A stretch of 64,000 nucleotides of DNA from an uncultured Gammaproteobacteria bacterium (GCA_964651735.1 CAZYYU010000003.1:48014-112013); one strand, 5' to 3'; positions 19,372-28,985 are shown, counted from the first letter of the stretch. Numbers and translations are program-made. Notes: a model not told the origin generated them from the letters alone.

Positions 19372-21555
19372 ATGGCTTTCGATTTATCAGACTTGCATTA
19401 CTACACCTTCAACCACAGAGATTATGGGCAACGACTTACTATAAAAGAAGCAATGACCAACTCACGAGGTGTATTGGGGAAAAATGGTTTTACTTTTCAC
19501 ACTGGGCTCGCAAAACATTTGCATAAAACCATTAGTGTGCTTCTGTCAGATCAAGATGATAATCAACATGAATTTCATCTCAATCGTTCGAGCTTGATTA
19601 AATGGCTAAATGCACAATCCAGTCATTTAACTACGTTATCAGACAGTCAACAAGACACCGAAGAAGATGAAGATGAAAAACTAACACGACATTCAACTGA
19701 TAAAGAAATTATTCAACGTTTAAAAGCCGTCACGGGAAAAAACTATGATCCAAAAAATACTGCATCAGCCGTAGGTTATTTAGGTAAACGACGAGGAAGT
19801 AGCTTATTTCATCTAGGAAATGCGATTAGAGGTTCTTTTCTGGGATTATTTTGGCAGGCAACATTAGCCACATTTACAGGATTTGCTGCACGTTTTAAAG
19901 TATTCATGAAAAGAGAGCACGCATTTATTAAAGCAGGTGAATTAAGAGCCAGAAAATCGTTTTGGCAAGCCTATAAACATGTCCCTGCTTATCAAGATTT
20001 TGTGGATGAAAATGTTGCAGGAGGCGTAAAATATAACAATCGTAAAACGCTTAACACCTTTGCTGATTTACCAGAAACTTCCAAAGACAATTACGTTAAT
20101 GAGAATATTAATAATAAAGCTCGTATGCACATGGATGGCAAATTACCACTTCATGGAAAAATTGACACCTCAACAGGCACTACAGGTGAACCCATTTCGT
20201 GGTGGCGTGGTAAAAAAGAATTAAAATCAGTGAGAACCTTATTGCAGTACGCCGCAAAATTACAAGCTGCTGAAAAGCCCATCATCTGTATAAATGCCTT
20301 TGCGCCAGGCCCCTGGGCAACTGGTTTAACCACTCATGAGGTCATGACTGGCGTAGGTGTAGTTATTACAACAGGACCCGATATTAATAAAATATTAACT
20401 ATGTTAGAAGAATATTATCGTGAACTCTCAGATCCAGAATCTGGTCAAATGACGCGGCAAATAGTGATTGCTGGTTATCCACCTTTTTTAAAGGATCTCG
20501 TCGATGAAGCACGACGACGAGCAACATTAAAAAATGATGATGGTAGCTACGAAAAAGATTTTTTTGGAAAATATGATGCTCTTGCAGTCGTGGGTGGTCA
20601 AGGAATGTCAGAAGCCATGCGTGACACCTTATTAAAAGATATCTCAGATGATGGAACTGAAGAGTCAATGATTTTTCGTGAAGTATTTTCATCTTACGGC
20701 GCCTCTGATTTAGATATTAATTTAGGCTTTGAAACCGAATTTGAACGAACAATTCGCCGCGTATGTGAAAAAAATCATTCACTGAAAGAAGAGCTCTTTG
20801 GTGACAAGCGAATTCCTATGGTGTTTCATTATGATCCCATGAATTACCATGTGGAAGAAAATGAGAAAGGTAAATTAGTCTTTACCTGTGCACGCGGTGA
20901 TCGATCAGAGTCACGAGTCCGTTATAATGTAGGTGATGAAGGAAAAGTTGTAGCAGTCAGTGATGTGTTAGCGATATTACAGCGTCATAATATTGAATTA
21001 GAACCCCATCAACTTCCAAATACGAATTTACCATTAATGTTTATTTGGGGACGCGACTCAACGGTTACCTATCGCGGCGCTAATTTAGCATTTACCGATT
21101 TTGAACGAGCAGTTACTGAAATTCCAACTTTACGTAATCATGCTAAAAAATACGCATTTTATAATGTAGAAAATAAAGGTGATGAAAAATTACAATTATG
21201 GATAGAGTTGAAAGAAGATTCCAATATTGATGATTTAGGTGATTTAATTGAGCTCAGAAATCAGCTCGTTGAACAAATGTGCATAGTGAATCAAGATTTT
21301 CGCTATCAAATAGAACAATTAAGTGATGGAAAAAATAGCTATCCTGAACTTCGACTATTTACTTCAGGCCATAGCCCTATGCGCGATGCCAATAATCACA
21401 GAAAACAAGTCCTAATATTTCATTCTGAACACCCACACATAAAAGAATATGTTGAAGAAGGTAGATCACTCGATAAAGAAAGTACGCTAATCAGTGGCGA
21501 TGATATAAATGATCCTCAAGCAGAGAGTGAAAATGACAATAGTTGCACAAGATAG
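19372..21555 (+). CDS. ANL-superfamily adenylate-forming enzyme (PaaK/F390-synthetase/GH3-like), unusually long (727 aa), acidic C-terminus
   Basis: P-loop-like DTSTGTTGEPISWW resembles PaaK SSGTTGKP; about 200-aa N-terminal extension; C-terminal DDINDPQAESENDNS. Confidence 0.5.
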   Translation: MAFDLSDLHYYTFNHRDYGQRLTIKEAMTNSRGVLGKNGFTFHTGLAKHLHKTISVLLSDQDDNQHEFHLNRSSLIKWLNAQSSHLTTLSDSQQDTEEDEDEKLTRHSTDKEIIQRLKAVTGKNYDPKNTASAVGYLGKRRGSSLFHLGNAIRGSFLGLFWQATLATFTGFAARFKVFMKREHAFIKAGELRARKSFWQAYKHVPAYQDFVDENVAGGVKYNNRKTLNTFADLPETSKDNYVNENINNKARMHMDGKLPLHGKIDTSTGTTGEPISWWRGKKELKSVRTLLQYAAKLQAAEKPIICINAFAPGPWATGLTTHEVMTGVGVVITTGPDINKILTMLEEYYRELSDPESGQMTRQIVIAGYPPFLKDLVDEARRRATLKNDDGSYEKDFFGKYDALAVVGGQGMSEAMRDTLLKDISDDGTEESMIFREVFSSYGASDLDINLGFETEFERTIRRVCEKNHSLKEELFGDKRIPMVFHYDPMNYHVEENEKGKLVFTCARGDRSESRVRYNVGDEGKVVAVSDVLAILQRHNIELEPHQLPNTNLPLMFIWGRDSTVTYRGANLAFTDFERAVTEIPTLRNHAKKYAFYNVENKGDEKLQLWIELKEDSNIDDLGDLIELRNQLVEQMCIVNQDFRYQIEQLSDGKNSYPELRLFTSGHSPMRDANNHRKQVLIFHSEHPHIKEYVEEGRSLDKESTLISGDDINDPQAESENDNSCTR

Positions 21556-21557
21556 AC

Positions 21558-22553
21558 TTAAAAAGACTCCCAATGATCTACTGTGTCAGCTATTAGTGAT
21601 ATAACATCTTCGTTCATTTTGGGTCTTTCAGTAAAAGGATTGTAATGCGCTAATTGCAACAAGCAAAGTAAATCCATCAACTTTGCTTGTTTTTTCCAAA
21701 GAGGGGGTAAGATAAACCCTTCTTTTTGGATGCCTGCAATAAATTGTGATTCAAAACACTGAGGAAGCTTGTGACTGTATCGAAGCATCATTCCTATATC
21801 CAATAAATAAGTACCGGAAAATGAAAACTCCCAGTCCAAAATTGCTGCAATTTTCCATTTTCCTTCTGTTTTTTTGACGATCATATTTGCAGGGTCAAAG
21901 TCGGCATGCGTTAAATTGGCATCCTTATTATTGGAAAGTAAATTTTGATTGCTATTGACGAGGTCTACTACTTTAGCTCGGAGTGACTCACCCAAACTTT
22001 CTTTAACGATCTTATCTTGTAATATGTTTAACACATAAGGCAAATATTCTTCTTCCTTATCAAAAGGGCGAATTTCTAAACCTTTTTGAAAAAAACCACC
22101 ATAAGGAAATTTGATTTGCCGTAGAATATTAAGATAGTGACCCGCCTCAAATGCACAATCGCTGATGGCAGCCTCATCTTTAGTTAAAATCACCTCACGC
22201 ATCATAACACCATCAATCCATTCCAAAATTGCATAGGGATAAGGATAAATATCACACTGATCATTATCATAAAAATGCGTAGGAACAGGAATTTTACTGT
22301 CAACTAAATTATGAAGCGCCACTTCTCTAGCCAGAGCAGATTTTTCTCTCACGAAAATTCGAATCACAACTGGTGGATTATTATTTTTAAAAGTCACCTT
22401 ATAATTCGTATTCGCACACCCTTCCGACAATAAAATGAGCTGATCGATCGAATGATTCGTATATGGTAACAGCAGTTGAGTGGCTGTTTTAAGATCTACA
22501 TCAACATGCGCCTGATAACGCTCCCAATGAGCTTTAAGAATGGGTTCTTTCAT
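21558..22553 (-). CDS. aminoglycoside/choline-kinase-like phosphotransferase (APH family)
   Basis: catalytic HADFDPANMIV (HxDxxxxN) and DWE motif; overlaps upstream GNAT gene by 4 bp. Confidence 0.75.
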   Translation of the reverse strand: MKEPILKAHWERYQAHVDVDLKTATQLLLPYTNHSIDQLILLSEGCANTNYKVTFKNNNPPVVIRIFVREKSALAREVALHNLVDSKIPVPTHFYDNDQCDIYPYPYAILEWIDGVMMREVILTKDEAAISDCAFEAGHYLNILRQIKFPYGGFFQKGLEIRPFDKEEEYLPYVLNILQDKIVKESLGESLRAKVVDLVNSNQNLLSNNKDANLTHADFDPANMIVKKTEGKWKIAAILDWEFSFSGTYLLDIGMMLRYSHKLPQCFESQFIAGIQKEGFILPPLWKKQAKLMDLLCLLQLAHYNPFTERPKMNEDVISLIADTVDHWESF

Positions 22554-23134
22554 AAGGCATCTACTAGTGATTGAATTCGCGTTTTAATTTCCGGCCATTC
22601 TTGAGAAATAACACTATAAATCACAGAATCTCTAATTCGACCATCAGTTAATATCATATGATTTCTCAAAATCCCCTCTTGTTTAATACCATACTTTTCC
22701 AGAGATTTACGTGATGGAATATTGATACTATCAACACTAAACTCAACTCGATTAAATCCTAGTTGCTCAAAAGCGTGTTCCAGCATAATTAATTTCGTTA
22801 AAGGATTAACCGTGGTCCCCCAATAATCAGGATGAAACCAAGTATAACCTATACTAAGTTTTTTATTTTCCGAATCAATATCATAATAACTCGAAGATCC
22901 AGCCATTCGTTGATCCACGGATACCACATAACAAATTCGTTTCTTGATTTGCATTTGCTCAAAAGCTTTATCGATCCATTTTTCTTTAAACACTCGAGGC
23001 TCATAAAGAGGCTCTGGTCTGAATCTCCAAATTCGTGAGTCACTGGATAGATTTGTAAGATCGCTCACTAAATCTTCATTTAGAACTTGAAGCCTTAAAG
23101 CATCTTTGCTGATTAATAGGTTCTCATTAAACAT
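22550..23134 (-). CDS. GNAT N-acetyltransferase (RimJ/RimL-like)
   Basis: about 190 aa; GNAT core with ...RNHMILTDGRIRDSVIYSV C-terminal pattern typical of the RimL family. Confidence 0.72.
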   Translation of the reverse strand: MFNENLLISKDALRLQVLNEDLVSDLTNLSSDSRIWRFRPEPLYEPRVFKEKWIDKAFEQMQIKKRICYVVSVDQRMAGSSSYYDIDSENKKLSIGYTWFHPDYWGTTVNPLTKLIMLEHAFEQLGFNRVEFSVDSINIPSRKSLEKYGIKQEGILRNHMILTDGRIRDSVIYSVISQEWPEIKTRIQSLVDAL

Positions 23135-23262
23135 AACCCTAATAATATATGAATTAGTCTAAAATTGAATCCCCCTTTAAGCTAACCCGTTAAGCCCAAC
23201 TCCTGTGTCAAACGGTGTCAGGCTTAACTTCTTAGCATTTTTTATCTGCCTTCGATAATTTT

Positions 23263-24042
23263 TTAATCTATGCTCGGAAACACTCCTGGCAGAGAAAGCA
23301 TACTCGGATATCCGATTATTGCAGTATTATGCTTTGGGTTCGCATAAATTATTTTACTATGACTGAGTTTTGCATCCACTAACATTCTTGCTGTGCGGAT
23401 AGCCAGTGGTAATGGATCTATAAGTACAATATTTGTATGTCCTTTTTGTTCAAGGTGAGCTTTCACACCTTGAGTTTTACCCATAAAATAACTGCCGCCT
23501 AACACGATAGTATCAGCATCATTTAAGAGTAATTTTTCAATTGCTGGAGTGATTTCTTCATATAAATGCTCTTCAGTAATTACATCTGTCAAAAATGGTT
23601 GCATGTTTAATTTTTCAAAACCTACATATTGATCTTGTAAATTATACAACTTCAAAAGTCTTTCAATAGCATATCCATGATAGGCGCCAGCCGTGATGAT
23701 TCCGAATTTTCTACCTAACATAGATGCTATTCTAAGTGAAGCATCTGACAAACCAATGACCGGAATATTGACCGCTTCCCTGCATTCAATTAACCCAGTA
23801 TCCCCCATTGATTCAATAACGATGGCATCCATCCCTTCTTGTTCAGCAATAACGGCTTGTTGAGCCATACCAGCGCGTCCCAGGGTTTCTTCGATGCTCG
23901 TCTGACAATGTAAGGGACCAATTTCATTATGCCCAAAGTGTAGTTTTACTCCCAAATCTTGATAGGGCAAAAGATCATCAAGGGTTCGAAGTTGAATATC
24001 CGGATGCTTAGGACCAGGAAATATTATTTTAATGTTAATCAT
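23263..24042 (-). CDS. Asp/Glu/hydantoin racemase family protein
   Basis: two-lobed racemase fold with conserved Cys-containing segments (ECREAVNIPVIG..., ...VLGGSYFMG); about 259 aa. Confidence 0.72.
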   Translation of the reverse strand: MINIKIIFPGPKHPDIQLRTLDDLLPYQDLGVKLHFGHNEIGPLHCQTSIEETLGRAGMAQQAVIAEQEGMDAIVIESMGDTGLIECREAVNIPVIGLSDASLRIASMLGRKFGIITAGAYHGYAIERLLKLYNLQDQYVGFEKLNMQPFLTDVITEEHLYEEITPAIEKLLLNDADTIVLGGSYFMGKTQGVKAHLEQKGHTNIVLIDPLPLAIRTARMLVDAKLSHSKIIYANPKHNTAIIGYPSMLSLPGVFPSID

Positions 24043-24138
24043 GATGTTATTCCTCTATAAATAATTGATTGAACACTCAATCATCTTCGGTATATAATTA
24101 ATTGACTGGTTAGTCAACTAAATAGTTCAGAGGATTAT

Positions 24139-24747
24139 ATGACACATGAAAGACCGCAACGTCCCAGCGCGGACGCTACACGCAGGAAGATACTTAAGGC
24201 AGCAACATCTCTTTTTATGGAGCATGGCTACCACGGAACATCGATGTCAAATCTTGCGACTAAAGCGGGTGTGAATCAAACGCTCATATTTCACCATTTT
24301 GGTGATAAGAAAGGCTTATGGCGTCAGGTGAAAGAACATACAATTAGCAGTGTGAATGTAAATCCCATCAGTCAGCATCCTGCGTCAATAGAACAGTTTT
24401 TGTCTGAAATCATTGAACAAAGTGTTAGCGTACACACACAGTGTCCACAACTGGCAAAGCTTATAGCATGGCAACGATTGGAGTCTGGACGAAATAAAGG
24501 CGATTTAGCGGGTATTTCGAGTAAAATTTATGGTCCTTCAACTTGGGTAGAAGCTATTAAGCACTTGCAAAAACAGCATATGCTCAATTCAAAATTAAAA
24601 CCAGAATTACTGATGTTATGGCTGGTAGCTAGCATCGATGTGATGATGCATGATGATCTAGGACTCTTTAAAAAAGATGGGAATAACAAACAATATTATA
24701 TTCGTATGTTAGTGAGCAGTTTAATTAAGGGGCTGCAATCACAATGA
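24139..24747 (+). CDS. TetR/AcrR family transcriptional regulator
   Basis: N-terminal HTH ATRRKILKAATSLFMEHGYHGTSMSNLATKAGVNQTLIFHHFGDKKGLW; divergent from racemase gene. Confidence 0.85.
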   Translation: MTHERPQRPSADATRRKILKAATSLFMEHGYHGTSMSNLATKAGVNQTLIFHHFGDKKGLWRQVKEHTISSVNVNPISQHPASIEQFLSEIIEQSVSVHTQCPQLAKLIAWQRLESGRNKGDLAGISSKIYGPSTWVEAIKHLQKQHMLNSKLKPELLMLWLVASIDVMMHDDLGLFKKDGNNKQYYIRMLVSSLIKGLQSQ

Positions 24748-24830
24748 GGTGACCTAGTTCGATTCTGATACTTATTCTGATGACCTTGTTGCGTGTCAGG
24801 CTTAACTTGTTTACTTCAACAACTCCCTTT

Positions 24831-25937
24831 CTAATCCTGAGATTTATTATTCATTTTAATGATAGTCAAAACCAACTCTTTGGCGATATTCATCCACAAT
24901 TTTGTTTTTTGTTCTTGATCAGAAATATAATTTATACAGTTTTTTGCCAATATAATTAACTCTACGTGATCACTTGCTGAATAAACCGTAGCTGAACGAG
25001 GTTGATGTAAAATATAGGAAAAAATTCCCATTAAATTTCCCTCACCTAGGGTAGTAATGACTTGATCTTTGGCAACCACAAAACATTCGCCTTTCTTTAC
25101 AATCATGATTGATTGTGAGCCATCGTCTTCTTTAATAATTTTATCTTTATTTTCACTGGTAATTATAGCGCTGTTTTTAAACAATTCTAGACGAGTCTGT
25201 CGTGTTAACCCTTCCAACAATGGAAATGATAGTGTCTCAATTTCAGCTGTCTTTAGTATTTTTATACCCGTATGTTCGATACTTTGTATTTTCTCGCTCA
25301 TGGCAAGTATATCTGAGTCAATGGGTTGATATTTATCGCCTATTTCATCTCGTATCGTATCAACTAAAAATTTTATATTTTTACTTTCTTCATAATCTTT
25401 TCGGGTAGAAACCATCACAATATAATAACCACTCTGATAATGCTTAATTAACTTAAGCGGAGTCTTAAACTTAAACAATTGTTTATAAAAATGAAAAAGT
25501 CCTGGTTCGCAAATGCCTACACTGATGTTGTATTTGTTTTGATAAAAAAATTCTAAGTATGCTTTAATCAACATCACTGAAAAAAACTTATTATTTTTGT
25601 TTTTTTTATCGACACTGATAGTATCAAAAATAATAGTGTAAGGATGAAGTACTTCAGGGATATAATCAAGAGATTGATATTCGTCTTTAAAAATCGAATA
25701 TTTTTTTAACTCATCAACAGTGAAAAATAATAATACCCCACTTACCTTATTATTTTTTTTATTAATACAGGAAATCATATGCCCACTTTTTATTAATGCA
25801 CTGCGCTTCAACTCATGCTTAAAATACTCATTCCCTAAAGCAAAAGATTCATCATGAAACTCTTTTGAGTCGAGCACACAATATAAGTGACGCGTTTGAT
25901 ACTTAAATAGAAGCTGCTTAAACCATCTGAATACCAT
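24831..25937 (-). CDS. fusion protein: N-terminal GNAT-like acyltransferase-like domain plus C-terminal cyclic-nucleotide-binding (CAP-type) domain
   Basis: C-terminal beta-barrel cNMP pattern ...GSQSIMIVKKGECFVVAKDQVITTLGEGNLMGIF...RSATVYSASDHVELI; starts 18 nt downstream of tmRNA 3' end on same strand (real start may be internal). Confidence 0.6.
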   Translation of the reverse strand: MVFRWFKQLLFKYQTRHLYCVLDSKEFHDESFALGNEYFKHELKRSALIKSGHMISCINKKNNKVSGVLLFFTVDELKKYSIFKDEYQSLDYIPEVLHPYTIIFDTISVDKKNKNNKFFSVMLIKAYLEFFYQNKYNISVGICEPGLFHFYKQLFKFKTPLKLIKHYQSGYYIVMVSTRKDYEESKNIKFLVDTIRDEIGDKYQPIDSDILAMSEKIQSIEHTGIKILKTAEIETLSFPLLEGLTRQTRLELFKNSAIITSENKDKIIKEDDGSQSIMIVKKGECFVVAKDQVITTLGEGNLMGIFSYILHQPRSATVYSASDHVELIILAKNCINYISDQEQKTKLWMNIAKELVLTIIKMNNKSQD

Positions 25938-25954
25938 TGCTACTCCTATCAGAA

Positions 25955-26369
25955 TGGTGGAGGCGGCGGGAATCGAACCCGCGTCCGCAAATCCTCTGCC
26001 TTTGGATCTACATGTTTATCTGACCTATTAATTTAACTAACTGCTTCCCAGTCAGAGGGGAGCACAGCTAGCGGGCTCTTAAGTTTGACAGAGTGGAATA
26101 GAGCGACCCCACACTGCGGTTTTGTGTTTTGTGACCATTGATACTCCAACCGCACAAACACAGCTGGACAATGGCGCTGTTGTCACCATCCGGTGACAAA
26201 ACTAAGGAAACCGTTTCGGCCGATTAGGCGTTAACAGCCTCTCTTAAGTCTGCAGCGTGTAAGTTGTCATTGATGCCAACTATAGCATGCAACTCATTTT
26301 AACGAGTGAAGTTACCTTCTCGACATGCACCTTGGGTTTTGTAACCCACGTCGAAGCCAAGTCGCCCCC
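25955..26369 (-). ncRNA. ssrA: tmRNA (SsrA)
   Basis: 5' end GGGGGCGACUUGGCUUCGACGUGGGUUACAAAACCCAAGG (rc of 26330-26369) and 3' end ...GGACGCGGGUUCGAUUCCCGCCGCCUCCACCA (rc of 25955-25990), forming the tRNA-Ala-like acceptor/T-arm; internal resume region ...CUAUAGUUGGCAUCAAUGACAAC... Confidence 0.85.
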
Positions 26370-26492
26370 TTGGACTCACTATAATTATAGCGAATTTAAG
26401 GACTTATATCTATAGTCACTGAGCCCCAGGATAGTCACATTGTTACCTTGACTCAAACTAGGTAATAGTTAAAATATATGCATACAATTTAA

Positions 26493-28985
26493 ATGAACAT
26501 TGACATGCAAAAATCAACTGCACAAAAAACACCTAAACAACGCAGCCCCATTTTCAGTTTTCTGGAATTAGTCGAAAATGGCACTTTGGATGTGCTACCC
26601 AATGTTAAAAAAAGCATGTCAAAGACCTCTACAAGTGATGAAAAAGGCGCTAAACCCCTATTACTACTGACTTTGCCAAAGACCTATCCATCGATCGAAT
26701 TAGACGGCGAATTGTATTTAATTCGAGAAAATCATGTCTCTATTTACAAACACTATGAAGATAACCCAGAAAAAATGTTTGGTATGAGCGCATATCATTA
26801 TACCGCTACCTTGCATAAATCTGGATGTCGAGCGACCTTGCATACCTTTTATGATATGTATGGTAATTACAAAGGCTATAATATTGTGCTGAGTGTCGGA
26901 TCAGAGAAATCCTATATTACACTTCTCAACGAACAACCTATCAAATCCTTGTCAGGCATGCATATTCTTCCAGTGATTCAAGAAATTGGTGAAGCATTAG
27001 ATACGCATGTTTGTCAGCAGCAAAAAGAAATCGATAAGCTTTCTAAACAAGTCTGCCATGTTAGTCGCGCGGTTTTTAAGCCAGAACGTGAACCCACAGT
27101 AGAAGGAGAACATTTCAATAATTATATACGACTTGCTAATCACTACGCAGATCTGACTGAACAACTCAATAGATTGGTATTTTCTCCTAACTTTGCACTG
27201 CCAAAATTATTAAGGGAAACTGTGGCAAATTTAATGGCAAGAAAACAAAGCAAAACTCAAGTTCCAAAACCAAAAAAGCTTGCTGTAAAAAAGACTGATC
27301 AATCCAAAAAAGAAGTGCCTAATCCTGAACCTATTCCTCATCAAGAAGATCCGAATCAACATCAAACTATTGGTGCGGTAGAAGAAAAAACCCTGACAAA
27401 AAAGAAAAAAAAGATAAAGAAAAAGAAAGATAAGGCGAGTGGATTTTTACTTTCTGATCTTGTAAAAGCTGATTTAAAAGAGCTCGAAACGCTTCGAGCA
27501 AAAGAAAAAGAAAATGATCCTCAGAGCATTTTGAGACGCTATACCTTAATTCTTCAATGTATGACTCTATTAGATAGTCGACAAATAATAGTAATGCTCG
27601 AACTAAGCTCTGAAAAAGAGCAACTTATCGTTCATGCTCAAAATTTAATTGATATCTTAGCGGCTCAAGGTAAATTGGACGACATTAAAGTATTAATAGA
27701 AGTCGCAAAAGAAGTCAGTGCCAAATCAGTGATTATGTCAGCACTCTTCGGAAAATGTGATACCTTAGTATTTCTACTTCAATATTTCAAACGATCTATA
27801 AATCTAGTACATAAACACCTAACTTTGCTATGTAATGAAAAACTCCCCATAGAGACCATGCAAATATTGTTAGAGCGCGGTGCAAATCCGAATATTGTGA
27901 ACCTTGTTGGCATGACGCCTTTGATGGTTGCTGCAGATAAAGGCGATGTTGCTAAAATAGATCTCTTAATAAGATTTGGTGCAAATGTCAATTATCAGCT
28001 TAGACAACCAAGGATTGTTGCCTATCAATTGAAAAATTCTCCAAAAGCAAATCGATTTGCCGCAACATTAAAAAGTTTAATGGAAGAACCCGATGAATTA
28101 ACTACTGCGCTATTTTTTGCAGTTTCTACTGGTAGCTTAGCGGCTGTAACATGTTTAGTGGAAGCAGGTACGAATCTTGAATTGCTAAATCACAAAGGAT
28201 TTAGCGCCTATTCTATTGCATCAGTAGTGTCTACAAATAAAGCACCTTTAACGGCAGAATTAGAGCAGATATTAAGATATTTCTATAAAACATGTCAGTG
28301 CGATATCAATAAATTGTTTGGACCACCGGGGATGAGATCGACAATATTACACTTAGCCGTGCAATTTCGTCGACCAGATTATGTAAAATTCTTGCTTGAA
28401 TTAGGTGCGGACCCTAATGTACTAAGAGACAAAAATGAAGCGGATACTCACTATTTTACTCCACTACTTTTTGCTATTGCACGTGAGTTTTACGAGATAG
28501 TTGAGATCATATTAACACAACCACAAGTTTTTCTTTCAAATGGAAATATTTTACAGGCCTTTATTTTGTGCAAAAACAAAGATACCAAGACATTATTATA
28601 CAGATGCTTAACCCAAAATCTCATCGCGATGAGTAAAGAAGGATTAGATACATCCATCGAAATGGATAATTTTAGACAACCTCTCTTACATTGGTTGATT
28701 AATGTTAATGCAATAGATGAAGTAGAAGATTGTTTGAAACGAGGAGTAGATCCAAATTTATGCAGACATGATGGTGTCAGTAGCTTAGGAATCGCAATTA
28801 ATTTGGGTAGAGTAGAATTTGTTAGCGCTATCCTAGAGAATAAAAATAAACCTATTACGGCACAAACTTTATCAACATCACGAGCATATACCTGTACTAA
28901 AAACAAAAAAGAAATTAATGAGCTCTTAGATGCCTATGAGGATAAATTAATCGCTGAAAAACTTGGCGAATTTTTTTACAATTAA
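26493..28985 (+). CDS. ankyrin-repeat protein (830 aa), candidate translocated effector
   Basis: multiple ANK repeats (GMTPLMVAADKGDVAKIDLLIRFGANVN; TALFFAVSTGSLAAVTCLVEAGTNLE; TILHLAVQFRRPDYVKFLLELGADPN); K-rich low-complexity linker KKKKKIKKKKDK. Confidence 0.85.
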   Translation: MNIDMQKSTAQKTPKQRSPIFSFLELVENGTLDVLPNVKKSMSKTSTSDEKGAKPLLLLTLPKTYPSIELDGELYLIRENHVSIYKHYEDNPEKMFGMSAYHYTATLHKSGCRATLHTFYDMYGNYKGYNIVLSVGSEKSYITLLNEQPIKSLSGMHILPVIQEIGEALDTHVCQQQKEIDKLSKQVCHVSRAVFKPEREPTVEGEHFNNYIRLANHYADLTEQLNRLVFSPNFALPKLLRETVANLMARKQSKTQVPKPKKLAVKKTDQSKKEVPNPEPIPHQEDPNQHQTIGAVEEKTLTKKKKKIKKKKDKASGFLLSDLVKADLKELETLRAKEKENDPQSILRRYTLILQCMTLLDSRQIIVMLELSSEKEQLIVHAQNLIDILAAQGKLDDIKVLIEVAKEVSAKSVIMSALFGKCDTLVFLLQYFKRSINLVHKHLTLLCNEKLPIETMQILLERGANPNIVNLVGMTPLMVAADKGDVAKIDLLIRFGANVNYQLRQPRIVAYQLKNSPKANRFAATLKSLMEEPDELTTALFFAVSTGSLAAVTCLVEAGTNLELLNHKGFSAYSIASVVSTNKAPLTAELEQILRYFYKTCQCDINKLFGPPGMRSTILHLAVQFRRPDYVKFLLELGADPNVLRDKNEADTHYFTPLLFAIAREFYEIVEIILTQPQVFLSNGNILQAFILCKNKDTKTLLYRCLTQNLIAMSKEGLDTSIEMDNFRQPLLHWLINVNAIDEVEDCLKRGVDPNLCRHDGVSSLGIAINLGRVEFVSAILENKNKPITAQTLSTSRAYTCTKNKKEINELLDAYEDKLIAEKLGEFFYN

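Noticed and set aside
21585-21605. Third copy of the GTGTCAGGCTTAAC repeat (CTGTGTCAGCTATT)
   Set aside because: Only an 8-nt partial match, located inside the APH coding sequence; likely chance.
24748-24790. tRNA-like fragment (GGTGACCTAGTTCGATTCTGATAC, T-arm-like GTTCGATTC) between TetR and the cNMP-binding gene
   Set aside because: Only a T-loop-like 9-mer; no acceptor or anticodon arms can be folded. Probably coincidental, though it sits beside the 19-bp repeat.
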